Shown here: positions 30,010-30,541 of the stretch, piece by piece
How positions within the stretch are numbered: the stretch's first letter is position 1
How the letters are laid out: each line of letters opens with the position of its first letter
Program-made: the position numbers and the translations under genes
The notes under the pieces: model-generated
Told to the model about the DNA's origin: nothing
The model's database searches: none
The model's input: the letters and a program-made list of their open reading frames with translations, nothing else
From: a virus
Taxonomy: Duplodnaviria; Caudoviricetes
Direction: 5' to 3' (one strand)
DNA: 30,541 nt
Virus record (IMG/VR): IMGVR_UViG_3300049982_000071
Coordinates: 1-30,541 of that record

Positions 30010-30350
30010 CCGTGACGGATGAGTACGGGTGCGCGACGGCCGCAATCAGCAGCGACGACATGCTCGCCGCTGGCATCTCGTACCGCCAGCTCGACTACTG
30101 GTGCAGCAAGGGATACCTGCGTCCCGATTCGGCCTCACCGGGTTCGGGGTATGCCCGCAGGTTCCCACCTGAAGAGCGTGAAATCGCCCGCTTGATGGTC
30201 GTCCTCACCAAGGCTGGCCTCGAACCGAAAGCCGCTGCCCGCGCAGCCCGCGAAGGCGTCGAAAACGATCAACCCTACGGAACCCTGAATGACTCGGTCG
30301 CCGTCTTCTGGACCGCCGCTGACCTCGACTGCATCGGAGAAATTTCATGA
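30006..30350 (+). CDS. MerR-like HTH DNA-binding protein
   Basis: AGISYRQLDYWCSKGYLRP...GSGYARRF...LTKAGL. Confidence 0.85.
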   Translation: MTVTDEYGCATAAISSDDMLAAGISYRQLDYWCSKGYLRPDSASPGSGYARRFPPEEREIARLMVVLTKAGLEPKAAARAAREGVENDQPYGTLNDSVAVFWTAADLDCIGEIS

Positions 30351-30541
30351 GCCTCAGTACCCGCAAGCCGACCGGCAAGCCGCCGTGGCCGATCCTGCTG
30401 CTGGCCGGCTCCGAGAAGGCAGGCAAGACCTACTCCGCCGCCGAAGCATCCGGATCAGATCTCGTCGGCCGCACCCTGTGGTTCGGCGTCGGCGAGGATG
30501 ACCCGGACGAGTACGCGCCGCTTGGACGGTTCGAGATCGTC
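30347..30541 (+). CDS. AAA/RecA-like ATPase (Sak4-type recombinase), 5' part
   Basis: MSLSTRKPTGKPPWPILLLAGSEKAGKT Walker A motif. Runs off the end of the window. Confidence 0.8.
   Translation, partial: MSLSTRKPTGKPPWPILLLAGSEKAGKTYSAAEASGSDLVGRTLWFGVGEDDPDEYAPLGRFEIV

Overview
This window is a GC-rich temperate siphovirus of an actinomycete, read from the end of the scaffolding gene to the first replication/recombination gene. 1-18270 (+) holds the virion and lysis genes: HK97-fold capsid, adaptor, a four-gene putative fibre module, stopper, terminator, gp10-like protein, tail tube, frameshifted tail chaperone, tape measure with a Zn-peptidase domain, Dit, a promoter/terminator-bounded four-ORF moron, tail tip, a PIG-L deacetylase, and a lysis cassette containing an HNH gene and no lysin B. 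18459-25117 (-) holds small accessory ORFs, an Ltp-type superinfection-exclusion protein, a probable attP, a tyrosine integrase, and two HTH repressors flanking a membrane protein. 25237-30541 (+) holds early genes (Xis/Cox-like HTH, many small ORFs, HTH-WhiB, MerR-like HTH, AAA/RecA-like ATPase). Phage genes on both sides of the integrase suggest an unintegrated genome. The most notable observations are: moron micro-proteins resembling fragments of the tape measure and tail tube; a PafBC-like promoter plus two-hairpin leader shared by the moron and the HNH gene; a mirror-symmetric switch whose 10-bp boxes recur at attP; a chain of coupled minigenes in the repressor-integrase operon; and a repeat-protein/peptide/subunit fibre module. 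All calls come from reading motifs and synteny by eye; no searches were run.
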